Assembly: GCA_951406725.2 (NCBI GenBank)
Contig: OX597824.1
Span: 44,888,001-44,952,000 of the forward strand
Direction of reading: 5' to 3'
Origin: Octopus vulgaris
Taxonomy: Eukaryota
DNA: 64,000 nt
A model generated the notes under the pieces. The model ran no database searches and had not been told where the DNA came from. It saw only the letters and a list, made by a program, of their open reading frames with translations. A program made the translations under genes and the position numbers. How positions within the stretch are numbered: the first letter of the stretch is position 1; each line of letters opens with the position of its first letter. Below, piece by piece: positions 12,491 through 24,488 of this stretch.

Positions 12491-12607
12491 ATCTTCATAG
12501 ACAGAAGTAGAACAAAAAGTAAAGGATATGAAAGGCAAGTTGACAATCTTTGTGTGCAGGAGAAAATTTGAATGGACTATTCTCCCTGAATTCACTAGAT
12601 GAAGATT

Positions 12608-12830
12608 TTATGCTACAGAAACATTTCTAATCACTAGGTTTGAGCCTTCAATTTCCACAACTTCATATACCCACTTCCGATTACATCGACACTCAGTGCC
12701 ACACTTTTCAGAACCACATTTGTTACATGGAAAATGGCATCCTGGACAGTCCTCATCCAAACAATCACAAACATCTTTACTGTTGTCAAGAAGTCGACCA
12801 GTTTCATCATACATTTGGTTGGTTTCTATG
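12608..12830 (-). CDS. ARL14EP: Duplicated copy of the ARL14EP terminal exon (alternative last exon or orphan/pseudo-exon)
   Basis: Near-identical to 35063-35285, with an intact tatcag| acceptor and the same phase. Visible differences are two synonymous changes and ATGAAA>ATAGAA. Confidence 0.7.
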
Positions 12831-13259
12831 CTGATATTGAAAATGAAGAAATAAAAAAAAATTACAGAGATCTACATGCATAGCAAGTGACCTGATCTGA
12901 GATCGTGTGCTGGAACGAAAACAATTGCAGGAAGGAAAGTGTTTATAAGCCATTTAAGAAACACACAAAATCTGTTAGATTCACTTCAACATTTATATTT
13001 GATTTGTCAAAATATTTGCGTTGCTTTGAGACCGCAATCTGTTCACTGACAAAATTCCGTGCTTCCTCCCTGCAATAAAAAAAAATATGTCAAATCAATT
13101 TGAATAGCTTTCAAGAAAAATATTTAATATTTTACAGAAATATACTTTGGTAATTGAAACTTGAGATGAATAAAATTACAATATATTGAAATATATTTGT
13201 TATATTGCACTCTCTCTCTTTATATATATATATATATATATGTATTTAAATATATGTAA

Positions 13260-13299
<40 letters not shown>

Positions 13300-13319
13300 T
13301 TATGTATATGCATAAATAG

Positions 13320-14082
13320 AGGGTGTTGCCATTTTATATTTTTAATTCCGTGCATTGCTTGTTTTTGATTTTGTCAACTACACAGTATGGTAGGGCCAGT
13401 TGGGCACAGTCTGTGAGAAAAACAGCACCATGATGCAATTCACTCTGCCAGAAATTTGGAAATGACATGCTGTACTGCTTGGCATTCACGTTGGAAGCTC
13501 CAGTACGAACACATGTACCAAGAGTGATAAAAATCAAACATGCAGTCAACATCATGGGATTTGAAGTGATCGCTAGTGATGGTGAAATTATGCCTTCATT
13601 CATCTTCCCACACAGCCTCAGACTCAATACGGAGGCCTACATAAAGTGCCTGGAGGAGGTAGTGCTGCCCTGGGTCAAGAGGGTGGCTGCTGGAAGACCC
13701 TATGTCTGGCAACAGGACTCTGCACTATGCCATACAAACAGAAGAACCCAGTCATGGCTGTCAGATAATTTCTGCAACTACACCACCCTTAACATCTGGC
13801 CACCTAACTCCCCAGACTGCAACTCCCTTGATTATTATGTGTGGGGTGCAGTTGAGTGAGAAACCAAGAAAACTCCTTGTAACACCAAATATGAACTGAA
13901 GGTAAGGATTATGGCAGTATTCACCAACTTAAACAAGGAGACTGTCCAAAACAGTTGCAGGAGATTCTGAAATCGTCTGGAGGCTGTGGTTGAAGTCAAT
14001 AGTGATTTCATTGAATAAATTTACTGTATAGTATCTCAAGATATTTTTATGTAATTTTGGTAAATATATGTTAAAATGAGAT
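13320..14082 (+). mobile_element. DD37D (maT-type) Tc1/mariner, internally deleted; duplicated copy
   Basis: VWQQDSALCH...WPPNSPDCNSLDYYVWG has 37 residues between the second and third Asp. Termini are damaged. Confidence 0.85.
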
Positions 14083-14737
14083 GTGTATGGGTGTATATAT
14101 GTATGCATGTGTACATGTGTAAATATATATATATATATATATATGTACATATTACATGTACATCTATATGTATATAAATACATCTTTACATATACATGTA
14201 TATATATATACATTTGTGCAGATGTATATATGTATGTATGTATGCCCGTATATATGTGAGATAATAGTTTCACTTTAATGGTTTCAGTATTAAATTGAAA
14301 CTGTTAAAGTGAAAGTATCTGACATTGCAATAGAGAGATGTTATTGTTTCACTTTTGACATGTAATACTGGAATAGTGGAGAAGATATGATATTGCTGTG
14401 GGCTCGCACTAGGCAAGAAGTTAAAAATTTTGGGGCCTATGACACTACATGGACCCTAAGTAAGGCATGTGCAGTTCTGAAGTTTTAGGGATTCACACAG
14501 ACACACATTCTCATCTTTATATATATAGATTACAATGTTTGATTATTAAAATATATGTCCATACTTTTTTTAACAGTCGCTTATAATCAATGCACACGTG
14601 AGATAAGATGAACAGGATAGCTTGGAAAATTTAAACATTTTGTAGAGATACGATCACGAAAGACAAAAAAAGAAAAAAATTGTAACACCCCACTCAAATC
14701 AATAACAGGTAGAATACATTTCCAGAGAAAATACTGG

Positions 14738-15176
14738 GGCCCTGAAAATGGCCATTGTAGAAGCAGAAACTCCTGCCACTTAAACTTACATCACGAATAT
14801 GGCGGACGAGTTGGATATCTTTAGGCATGATGGTCACTCGTTTGGCATGGATGGCACACAAATTAGTATCTTTGAAAAGACCGACTAAATAAGCCTCACT
14901 AACTTCTTGAAGAGCCATCACAGCAGAGCTCAGTAAACCAAAATCTGTCTTGAAATCCAGAGCGATCTCATGTACAAGACGCTGTAAGGGAAGCTTCCCG
15001 ATAAGTTCAGTAGATTTTTTGGTAACGTCTGATCTCACGGAGAGCTACAGTACCTGGATGTAATGATGAGGTTTTTTAACACTGCCTGTTGCCAGGGCAC
15101 TCTTCCAGGCTGCCCTAGTGGAAAGTTGTTTACTAGGAGCTTTTCTTCCGGTAGATTTACGAGCCGTTTGCTTTTG
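14738..15176 (-). pseudogene. H3: Histone H3 pseudogene with degenerate stem-loop
   Basis: [15 protein letters not shown]...[15 protein letters not shown]...[38 protein letters not shown], with frameshifts and no start codon. Stem-loop GGCCATTTTCAGGGCC at 14738-14753. Confidence 0.93.
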
Positions 15177-15239
15177 CAAATGTCTTCAGTGGCTGATAAT
15201 TCTGGTTGATGCCAACAACAAACAATAGGTGCACATGGC

Positions 15240-18200
15240 AGAATTTCTTTACTTGCCTAAAGAGGCATACTTAGAGGGGAAAGAACAAGGTCAGTCTTTA
15301 CACAGGGGTGGGGTTACAATCATAAACCAATACAATAAATCAGAAAGAAAAATTAAATGATTAAAATAGAGTTCTTGGGTTTTTATTTAACCTCCGGTTT
15401 TTTTTTTCCTTAGTTTTTTGTTCCTTTTCTCCTTCTTTTTCACCTTGACCTGTTACACTTGCACGGCCCCATTCACTCTCAGCTTGCTTACAACAGTTAT
15501 CCATCTTTTCTCGAACACTCTTTGAGGCAGACAGATTTTTCTTGTCAGGTGGATCTTTCTTTTCTCCAGATGGATCTTTCTTGTCAGGTGGTAGTTGAAA
15601 TAGCTTACCAACCCGTGTCCAGAGATAAAGTTGTCTATCTCAATTCCTTTTGCATATGCCATCCACACTGTGCCTTTCAGTATGGCAACTACGCAGAGAA
15701 AAGATGCCTTCCTTTCCTTATTAAAGGAGGAAGGTGGTACGACCTTAATCATGGACTCAGTCAAGAGCCGTACGCTTTCTGCATCTGAAATAGTTGTTTG
15801 ACATAGGTTATCAATTCCCTCAGCTCCTCACAATGTACAAAGGCGTGTGTGACAGTTTCACTCACGCACCCACATCTCGGGCATATGGGGCAGGTGCCGA
15901 ACTCGTGTCTCAACAACCTCTCTCGAACCGGTAAGGCCGATTAGTAGCACAACTAAGCTAGGGATTTCTGGAAATTATCCTGATACCTTGGCCCGAATGT
16001 CCTTCCAAACAGGCTAGTTAGCTGTTCCTCATCGAAGCCTAGAGCCTCTCCTAGGGCGTCGTCAGACTCATACTTTACCAACCCTCTATAAAAATCTGCA
16101 GTGGTAGCCCTGCTGCCATTCACCCGTTCTAGGTCTCCTGCTTGATTTATGTGCCTACATGCCGAAGGAACGTCAATTGTGGGAAAAGGAGCTTGGCATG
16201 TGGTGACCACACCTGTTCACCATCCAGGTAGTGCCAGAGATGTCTCAGCCTCAGCGCATACTTGTACATCATCAGCCAAGGCATCCTTGTGGTTTCTAGC
16301 AGCTGATGGAGCACCTCACTAGTGGTGTTTTCCCTTTCCACAAAAAGCAGAAAAGGATCCATTCCAATTTGGTCAGCCACAAACTAGGACAAGGCATGAC
16401 GGTTAGGCGGTAGGTTATTACAGATGCTATAAACACCTGTACAACCTGGGCCCTCCCTAGCAAGGATAACATCCTCCGAGACCAGGTCTGGGTTATGGCC
16501 GTCACCTTGCCTCAGTTTTTCTCCACCTGGAGATCTGGTCCAAACCAGACTCCAAGCAGTCTAACTGGGCCCTCCGTCCAGCATCCAACAACACTGTTGG
16601 AAGGCATCGGCTTACCATGCCAGGTGCCAAGTTGCAAGCCGACTGATTTATCCTGGTTAATTTTTGCTCCTACAACCGCTTCGTATCCTTTGATGGAGTC
16701 TTCTACACGAGGTAGTTGCCCTTCATCAGACACGATGATGGTGACACCATCCACATATGTCGTCGCCCCTCTACCGTAACATAGATCACGTGGGTCTGCC
16801 CCCCCCCCCCATATTCCCCAATCTCTCAAGGCCAATACATACAGGAGTGGGGACAGGGGGCAGCCCTGGTGAACTGAGTGCTCGATCACGAATGTGTTTG
16901 AGAAGAACCCGTTCACCCGGACAACTGATTCGATGTTGCTATATAAGGTTTCAATCCAACCATGGAAAGTCAGGCCCAGTCCAATTGCCAAGCGGACCAC
17001 CACCAGATACCGATGGTCAACCCTATCAAATGCCTTAGACAGGTCTAAATTCACCAGTGCCCCATCTTTACCAGGAACTTTACCCACCCACTCTGTGGTG
17101 TAGAAAATGAGGTGAAGGTTGTCGTGTATCGTCCTTCCTGGGATGGCACATGTCTGCGTCTCTCCCACCAGGTCGCCCACGACAAGCCTCACTATCTTGG
17201 GTAACACCTTGGCCAAAATCTTTAACTCTGTGTTGAGCAGAGTTATGGGCTGAAAATTATTAATGTTACCCCCTTGCTCAGGTCCTTTCTGATCAGTGTC
17301 ACCACTCCTCGGCTCACGGATTTGGGAATTCTCCCATTCTGTTGCCAATTCGCGTATACACCTGCCAGTATGTTCCCGAGCAAGTCTGGCATACTTTTAT
17401 AAAATACGATAGACCATCCAATCCCTGCAACTTGTCCCCGGGTCACTTGGAAAGCACCTCTATAACTTCCGCAGCCGTGATTGGCCCTTCACAGCACTCA
17501 GCATCACGTTCCGAGAGACGCAGGCTGCTGGCTAGGAAATCCTGAAAGGCATCCCCATGGTCCGAACAACGCAGCAAAGTGCTCGCGATAGGCCTTACAC
17601 ATCTCTTCCTGTCCTTGGATCTCCTGTCAATGTTCATTTACCACAGACTTTATCATAGCATCTATGCCATGTTGGGTTTCTACTGAATGAGCCCACCCGG
17701 CAATGTTGATACCCTCATGACCCAGTGCACGTACTTTTGTCCGAACTCCGCATCCTTTGTGTTTAGCATTGAGGTGTCGGCCCAAGGCTGATCTCACCGC
17801 CAAAACTTGGGGTGCAGAGCCCATTCTCAGCGCCTCTTTTAACGCCTTAACTAGATCCCTTTCTACTCTAGTCTGTTCTAGACTCAACTATTTGCTAAAT
17901 CTAATAGACTCAAGTTGAATGGCTCTTTTGACCACCAGTTAACACAGTGCTGGTTAGTGCCCTCATTACTATCATCTTAATCTGGCTACGGTAGGTTTCG
18001 CAATCCAATAGGAACTTGTTCAACTTCCAATAGCCAGATCCTTGTCTATGGATCTTATCTATATGCATTCTGCACGTCACTAATTTGCGATCTATGTAGG
18101 GTACATAGGTGAACTGTGGACAACTAAAACTAGACTTATCTCTAGCATTAACTATTATCCTGTCTAGATACGACCTGATTAATCCGTCATTATTACTTTA

Positions 18201-18350
18201 AGTCCACATTGGAATGCTCTGATTGCCAAGTCTGAATCGATCTGCCAGCCTAAATCGCTTCAGCAGATTGACGAGGCGCGAGTTACATCTTCTATCATTC
18301 GAGCCTACGCTATCCTGGCGTGCATCCAGAATAGTGTTAAAGTCACGCAT
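15240..18350 (-). mobile_element. Tx1/L1-like LINE ORF2, decayed (APE part, RT, zf-RVT)
   Basis: DFN..LD, YLDRI, GYWKLN, PITLLNTELKILAK, DLSKAFDRVDH, HQGCPLSPLLY and CPRC..ET..HA..HC, with many stops. Confidence 0.88.
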
Positions 18351-18730
18351 ATTCAAACAACCTATACACAGTGTAGCCCTGTCATAAACCGAAAAAGAAG
18401 GAAAGTAGAGCTTACCTGCTCTTTCATCTTTCGAGGAGGAATGTTCTCAGTATTACAAAATAAATAATGTTTACGGCAGAAATTGTATTCACCTCAATAG
18501 ACGTCATTGATTGGTTGAAATTGCCGAAATGCAAGAAATTAAACAACAAATAGCTTACAAACTACAGAATTTTCTCAAGAAAGCTAAGAGAAAAAGATGT
18601 TTTATGTAACACACTACCAGTATACGAAGTTTAAAAGTGTTTAGTTACAAAGAAATCTTTTTAAAAATCTGCCGGTCAAAGTGAAAAGATCCAAAAATGA
18701 TTAATTTTGTATTTTTTAAAAAACCCATTG

Positions 18731-19135
18731 GATCTTTTCGGTTTGAACGGCAGTTTTAACATAATTTCTAGGTAACTAAAAAATTTTAAACTTCATATAC
18801 TGGTAGAATGTGTTTATAAAACATCTTTTTCTCTTGGCTTTATTGAGAAAATTCTATAGTTTGTAAGATATTTGTTGTTTTTTTTTCTTCAATTTCAACC
18901 AATCACTGACGTCCATTGAGGTAAAAAAAAAAACATTCTGTGCCGTATGAATATGTCCCTCGTTTAAGAAACAGATTGGGTTTATTTACATTTGTGAAGA
19001 AAAAAAGATACCCTTCCCCCCACCCCTAATCCTAAAACAGATTGAAATGCAATAGATCGATACTAAGGTCATAATTATGGGTGACAATTTCATATGACAC
19101 CGCTAGAAAAAACTGCCGTTCAAACCGAAAAGATC
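18731..19135. mobile_element. MITE with 27-bp perfect TIRs
   Basis: GATCTTTTCGGTTTGAACGGCAGTTTT (18731-18757) and AAAACTGCCGTTCAAACCGAAAAGATC (19109-19135). A diverged partial relative lies inverted at about 18470-18692. Confidence 0.85.
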
Positions 19136-19399
19136 TGACCCATCTATTTGCATACGCGCACTCGTGCTAGGTAGTCGTGGAAGGATCGACTAGTTACGAC
19201 TAGCTAGCGCGGATGCGCAAGTACACGAGTGCGCGCACCGGGAACACTCTTCTTAAATAGTACCGTATATTCAATTGTTCCGATACTTAACACAGTTCAA
19301 ATTCACCAAAAGCGGTAATGTACAATTTATATATCCTTCCCCTTTGGGGGAGGATAACAGTTTCACAATGTTTATCACACAAAAATTTTTAACGTTTCC

Positions 19400-20250
19400 T
19401 TACGGGAAACCACAATAAACAAATCCTGCAAGTAGGCAACAAATTTCAGGCGCACATGGCGGAGCGTAGCCCATACCTCCTGTTCAAAAAATCCCTGACC
19501 TGGCAGTGCTACAGGAATGCATTACCTGTTCGCGATAAGTTATCCAGGCACGGTTTGTCAGTGCCACCGACATGTCCAAGATGTGGACTGAACGTTGAAA
19601 CAGTTCAGCACGCTTTTGTACAATGTCGGGAGCTATCTAGCTTGATAAGTTACGTAGTACACGTGTTGTCGCATCTGAGACGAGTACAGCTGTCGGCTGG
19701 ATCTATAATAAAGATGATACCGCCAACTGAACTCACAAAGGAAGGTAGGGCTTATTTTTACTGTACGGTTGCAGTACTGAAAGAGTGTGCATGGAGGACT
19801 AGAATGGAAGGTTTTGTGACAGGGTCCTTCGTCTCACGCACCCGTTTGCTATATTACTTCAGATATCTGAAGAGCAACATGGGGTTGGAGAGGAAGATCC
19901 TGCCACCGAGTGAATACGAAAAACGATGGAAGGACGTGATGAGATAGGTGGGTGTTAGTAACCCAGCTTAATCATCGAAGAAGGAAAAACTAGTTGCTGG
20001 ACATTACAGGCTGCCGGGTTCAAATTTTGAACCTGCTATTCTTTTTCCTTTTTATGTTATGTTCTTTAGTTTTAATTTTAAAAAAACCACAAAAGTTCTC
20101 GTTTTAAAGGCGAAAGTAAGCTAATGATTCGTTTATTTCATATTATAATTAAATTTTTAAAAGTTTCATTCGAACTCATGTAACATTTTTGTATTTATCT
20201 GTTTTGTTATGTCCTTTTCTACGTTCGATCTCACGATCATAATAAAGATT
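19400..20250 (+). mobile_element. Tx1/L1-like LINE 3' fragment
   Basis: WQCYRNALPVRDKL..TCPRCG..ETVQHAFVQC (zf-RVT), a T-rich 3' UTR and AATAAA near 20240. Confidence 0.8.
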
Positions 20251-20396
20251 TTAGCTCCTACTTTATCTATAGGTAGTACTGTACTGTACAATAACAATCA
20301 AACTTCCCGCAAAGAATTTGGTGCTGTTGCTGAACAACCAAACAAAATTGTTGAAAGTCACGTGAATTATGTTCATTGTTGTTTTCTGCTACGTCC

Positions 20397-20565
20397 GTAT
20401 TGAAGGTATTTTTTTTGAGAATGTTATCTGCGGCGTGGTTAGTATGTCAAGAGAAGATTGTCGTTGTTGTGGATGTTGTTCTGTTAAAAGACAAGAACTT
20501 TGGTTTTGGAGGTTAAACCTTTAATTTCGACTATTCTGAATAACAGCCTTTTTTAGGACCACCCA
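20397..20565 (+). pseudogene. H4: Histone H4 3'-half pseudogene with degenerate stem-loop
   Basis: gtattgaaggtatttt..gagaatgttatc...gatgttgtt..ttaaaagacaa..ggttttggaggttaa reads VLKVF.ENVI...DVV..LKRQ..GFGG*, followed by AAC AGCCTTTTTTAGGACC ACCCA. Not in the ORF track. Confidence 0.75.
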
Positions 20566-21633
20566 CTCTTTAACGTTAAATTTTCTCAACAAACTATTTG
20601 TATTTATGTTACGTTTTACCTTACCCGTTTTATTTCTTTGAAAGAATTTAGTCGGTTCTGTCTTTTGGATCGTGCGTGGGAGGTATATTTTACATATTTG
20701 TAAAGTACCGATCGACATCAAGTGTTGTGAAGGGTAAGTTATAATATCGAGCATCCAACGTAGCCCCACAAGTGTGTCCCGACTTTTACTATATTATCGT
20801 AATCTACTGTAAAAAAATAAAATTGGGTACAATGTTTTTTTTAGAAATTTCAAATCTCATTTTGTAGACGTGTCAGTAAGTGTGCAAGCCCACTAATTGA
20901 GGAAACAAAGTCGACTCGGTAACAAATACTCTTGGGGGTTAGCGGTACGCTATGTTTATCGATACAAAATTTATATTGTCCGCGTGTTTTAGTCACTGTT
21001 AAAACAACTTTCAAGATATAGTTACTCATGCAGTTAAAGAGAAGAAATTGAAATTAGATTACTCATTTTACCCCATTTTAGACAGTGGGGGAAAAGAAGG
21101 AAAGACTTCCGTCCCACCCATTTTCTCCCAAATTTGTTTATTAAAAAAAAGATTTTTTTTTTGCCAAAAACCCGTTTTCGGATACGGAGGTTCCGGAAAA
21201 TTGCCAAAAATCAACCGGTGTTGGTATGTTTATGTCCCCGTGGCTATACCGACAGCAGTAGGAGGCGGCGATTCGTTCGGCTAAAATTTTTCAAGGCAGT
21301 GCCCCAGCGTAATGACTGAAGCAAGTTAAAAACAGATTACATGAATTATATTTAATCGAATCACATTAGCTGGGAATTCGTGTCGAGTGCTGCGGCCGGT
21401 TTTTCACTTAGTCTAAATTTATCGTATAGTTTGTTTACCACTTTTATTATCTTCAACTTCATTTTTAGTCACATTTGTCAATACACGATTAACGGTTCTT
21501 GATGCTTCCGTTCCCAGTTTCTACAGCATGGGACGAGCTAACACACAAATTAATCAATTGTCGCTATCTTCCGTTAAATAGGATCCAGATACTGTTGGTA
21601 GCTGCTTACACGACGGCGATAAAGCAGCGTGCG

Positions 21634-21729
21634 GTCACGTGATTTTCTAGGCAATCAATTTCCACCAATGACAGAGCTAAAATGAATTACAGAAAACGAG
21701 CTGGTGAGCCTACCTGTCAACTATAAATA
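21634..21729 (+). promoter_or_regulatory. H2B promoter (E-box, CCAAT, TATA)
   Basis: GTCACGTGA 21634-21642, CCAAT 21665-21669 and TATAAATA 21722-21729, about 50 nt before the ATG. Confidence 0.7.
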
Positions 21730-21779
21730 GAATTGTCTGCGCGTTGCTTTCTTGAATCATCTGATTCTAACTACTAAGG

Positions 21780-22154
21780 ATGCCACCCACTACAGCAGCA
21801 GCGTCAAAAGGAGCAAAGAAAGCCGCTAAGGCTAAACCTGCGCGTTCTGGGGATAAGAAAAAAAAGAGGAAGAGAAAGGAAAGTTATTCTATCTACATCT
21901 ACAAAGTGTTGAAACAAGTTCACCCCGACACTGGTATCTCCAGTAAAGCTATGTCTATCATGAACAGTTTCGTCAACGATCTGTTCGAAAGAATAGCTTC
22001 TGAATCTAGCCGCTTGGCTCATTACAACAAACGGTCGACCATCAGTAGCCGTGAAGTACAGACTGCTGTCCGTCTTCTCCTTCCAGGTGAATTAGCCAAA
22101 CACGCCGTCTCTGAAGGTACCAAGGCTGTTACCAAATACACAAGCAGCAAGTAG
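21780..22154 (+). CDS. H2B: Replication-dependent histone H2B
   Basis: Intact intronless 124-aa ORF ([28 protein letters not shown]...[12 protein letters not shown]) with a TATA box upstream and a stem-loop downstream. Confidence 0.98.
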   Translation: MPPTTAAASKGAKKAAKAKPARSGDKKKKRKRKESYSIYIYKVLKQVHPDTGISSKAMSIMNSFVNDLFERIASESSRLAHYNKRSTISSREVQTAVRLLLPGELAKHAVSEGTKAVTKYTSSK

Positions 22155-22188
22155 AAAGTTACTAATGCCTGTTTTAGGTGAAAGCAAC

Positions 22189-22204
22189 GGCCCTTTTCAG
22201 GGCC
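22189..22204 (+). terminator. Histone mRNA 3' stem-loop (SLBP site)
   Basis: AAC-GGCCCT TTTC AGGGCC matches the consensus, 35 nt after the H2B stop. Confidence 0.95.
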
Positions 22205-23147
22205 TACAAAATGTCATATGTCATCTCTCGAGTCGATAAATGTGCTTCGTGTTAATTTATAAGCGTTTTCATGTATTATTCTGATTCTTAGGTTGTAGTT
22301 TTTGACACATTGCAGCAGCTACTGTCCCATCTGGAAAGTACCAAAAGTGAACTAATTAATCACTGGGGAAAAAATACTTTAGCGTTGTTAGTTTACACCC
22401 ACCCCCACGAGTTCAAACTCTGGCCCCAATATCCGGATTTAATTATTGGGATCGGGTTAGTAAGTTACGGCAAACGTCTCTTCAACGCGATAACACTTGG
22501 TCTCGGTATATAGAAATTAAGATTTTTTGGATGTAAGATGAAATCCTTATTTTACCTCTGGCTGGGTGCTTCTTTTGGATTACGATGTTACTTTTCATAG
22601 GAAAATGTTGGGAGCGAGGGTCCGGAATGTCCCGACACAAAATAATTGGTAAACAATGACCTGGTACAAAACGAAAGCAATTCGATTGAGCGAACCGTTA
22701 GGAAATATTTTAGATCTTCCAGTATGCTTTTATGTTGTCCTCCGTTTTGCATTGAGGGATTCCGGCGAACATTTGTTTACGTTGTACGACAACTTAAACA
22801 AAAGCTTCGTAATGTAACATCGACGATGTGCCTGCAAAATTTCACTAAGAGTATACATTTTAAAGAAAGTTAAAATAGCCGATAGGGTATCAAACTAATG
22901 TAACTTGATGGTAATTACACCTCTACGAATTCTAATCATCCCTTGCATTTTATCCCTGCGGAATCAAGTTATTGTGATACTGTGGTGATAGCAGTACTCG
23001 CAGCAGTAGTGACGGTTGTGAAAAAAAAAGTAGTAGTAATTGTGGTAGTGGTAATAGATAGAGCAAAAGGATACGTGCATCCATTTCGGATGATGGTAGG
23101 TATGGGGAACTTTTTTTACCAAGTACTCATAGTTGGTGGGTGGGGAA

Positions 23148-23860
23148 CTAATGCAGGTTCGCACCTCTTCTTGAAAAATGCATTTTTTATAAAAAATTAT
23201 TTTCGGATTCTTACGTTTTAGATATCGGAGATTACGAAAATGCAAAAAAAAAAAAAAAAAATTTCACCCCCTCCCCCAATTAAATTTTTGATTTTGTTTT
23301 CCTTCAAAGAGATCGTAGCGAACTGACGAACATATGCAAATAGAAATTAAATAGACAAAAAGATTAAAGTGAAAAGAATTAGCGTTTTACTTGTTTGCCT
23401 TAAATAATTTAATGTTAATTAAATCTACATCATTTTATGAGAAACAAACATTCATGCTTAATAATTAGTGTTATAAAGTTTAATAAGGGGCTCAAATTTC
23501 ACCCTCTCCCCAATTTTAAATTTTTCATCCATTTATTTATCTATTTATCCCTGTCCGATTATTCATAAAATACATCTGTCAACTAAATGTGGCAGTCCAA
23601 AAGGTGTTACTGTTGTTTTTAGCCCCAGGAAGACATATCTATCTCTTTATACACATATCTATATGCTTATTGAACTTAAAATTTTGAAAACATGGTTTCT
23701 TAACATAGGGAAAGAAAAATTTCGAAAAAGTTCAAAATTTTAAGGGGGGAGGGGGTAGTGAGGTGTTAAAATTTTTTTTTTATATTCGTTATCTTGGACA
23801 TCTAAAACGTAGGAAACCGAAAAAATGCATTTTTTAAGGAGAGGTTCGAAACTGCATTAG
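23148..23860. mobile_element. Foldback/MITE with long imperfect TIRs
   Basis: CTAATGCAGGTTCGCACCTCTTCTTGAAAAATGCATTTTT... is mirrored by ...AAAAAATGCATTTTTTAAGGAGAGGTTCGAAACTGCATTAG over more than 100 bp. Confidence 0.8.
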
Positions 23861-24488
23861 CATGGAATGCTTGTGTTAATTTATCAAGTATTCTTCTGGG
23901 CTTTTTTCCAAGTCACTAGTTGGAACATACATATGGACGGTTTCTTGCCTGCTACAATTAGAAGGGGAAAAAATGTATATACCAAAGGTTTCAAAGATAA
24001 ATTTCTGATTTTTGTTTTTTAAATGGGAGAAATATGATGGTTACTTGCATTGATGAGCACATACTTTGCATTGCACACAATCAAATTTCTGCAAACACCC
24101 ACAACAAAAACATTGCAGGTTCGTTAAGACGCAAAGCAGGGCTATTTGGTTAAGACGTTCATTTCCCAACTATGTTGTTCTGGGTTCGATTCCAGGGTAC
24201 AGCACTTTGGTTGAATGTTTTCTACTGTAGTTTCAGACTACAGCTACTGTATAGGATAATTGGCCTTTACACAATGCCTTGTGAATGAATTCTGTAGAAG
24301 TTTCTTGTGTTTTATGTTGCAAATTGTAGCCTCTTAATCTAAAATGTAACTTAGCAATTCGATAAGAGATCCCTAAAATAAATATGGAATGTAATATATC
24401 GAAGGTGATGTCTAAGAATGATGAAAGACCCACACAACTACGAGAAGAGTAACGTCATACATTATATAAGGTATAAAGAGGGTTCATA

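Larger units (their letters stand above)
12502..14082. repeat. Segmental duplication of 34957-36939 (ARL14EP last exon, intron and mariner)
   Basis: Collinear direct repeat beginning cagaagtagaacaaaaag and ending aaaatgagatgt. Each copy has its own later insertion: about 215 bp at 12860-13075 in this copy, and a CR1 fragment at 35785-36452 in the other. Confidence 0.9.

Noticed and set aside
18380-18445. Possible minus-strand first exon ATG AAA GAG CAG|GTAAGC
   Set aside because: It is a good donor, but I could not identify any downstream coding exon, so it is not reported as a gene.
21000-21600. Expected divergent H2A partner of H2B
   Set aside because: No H2A-like codons could be recognised on either strand.
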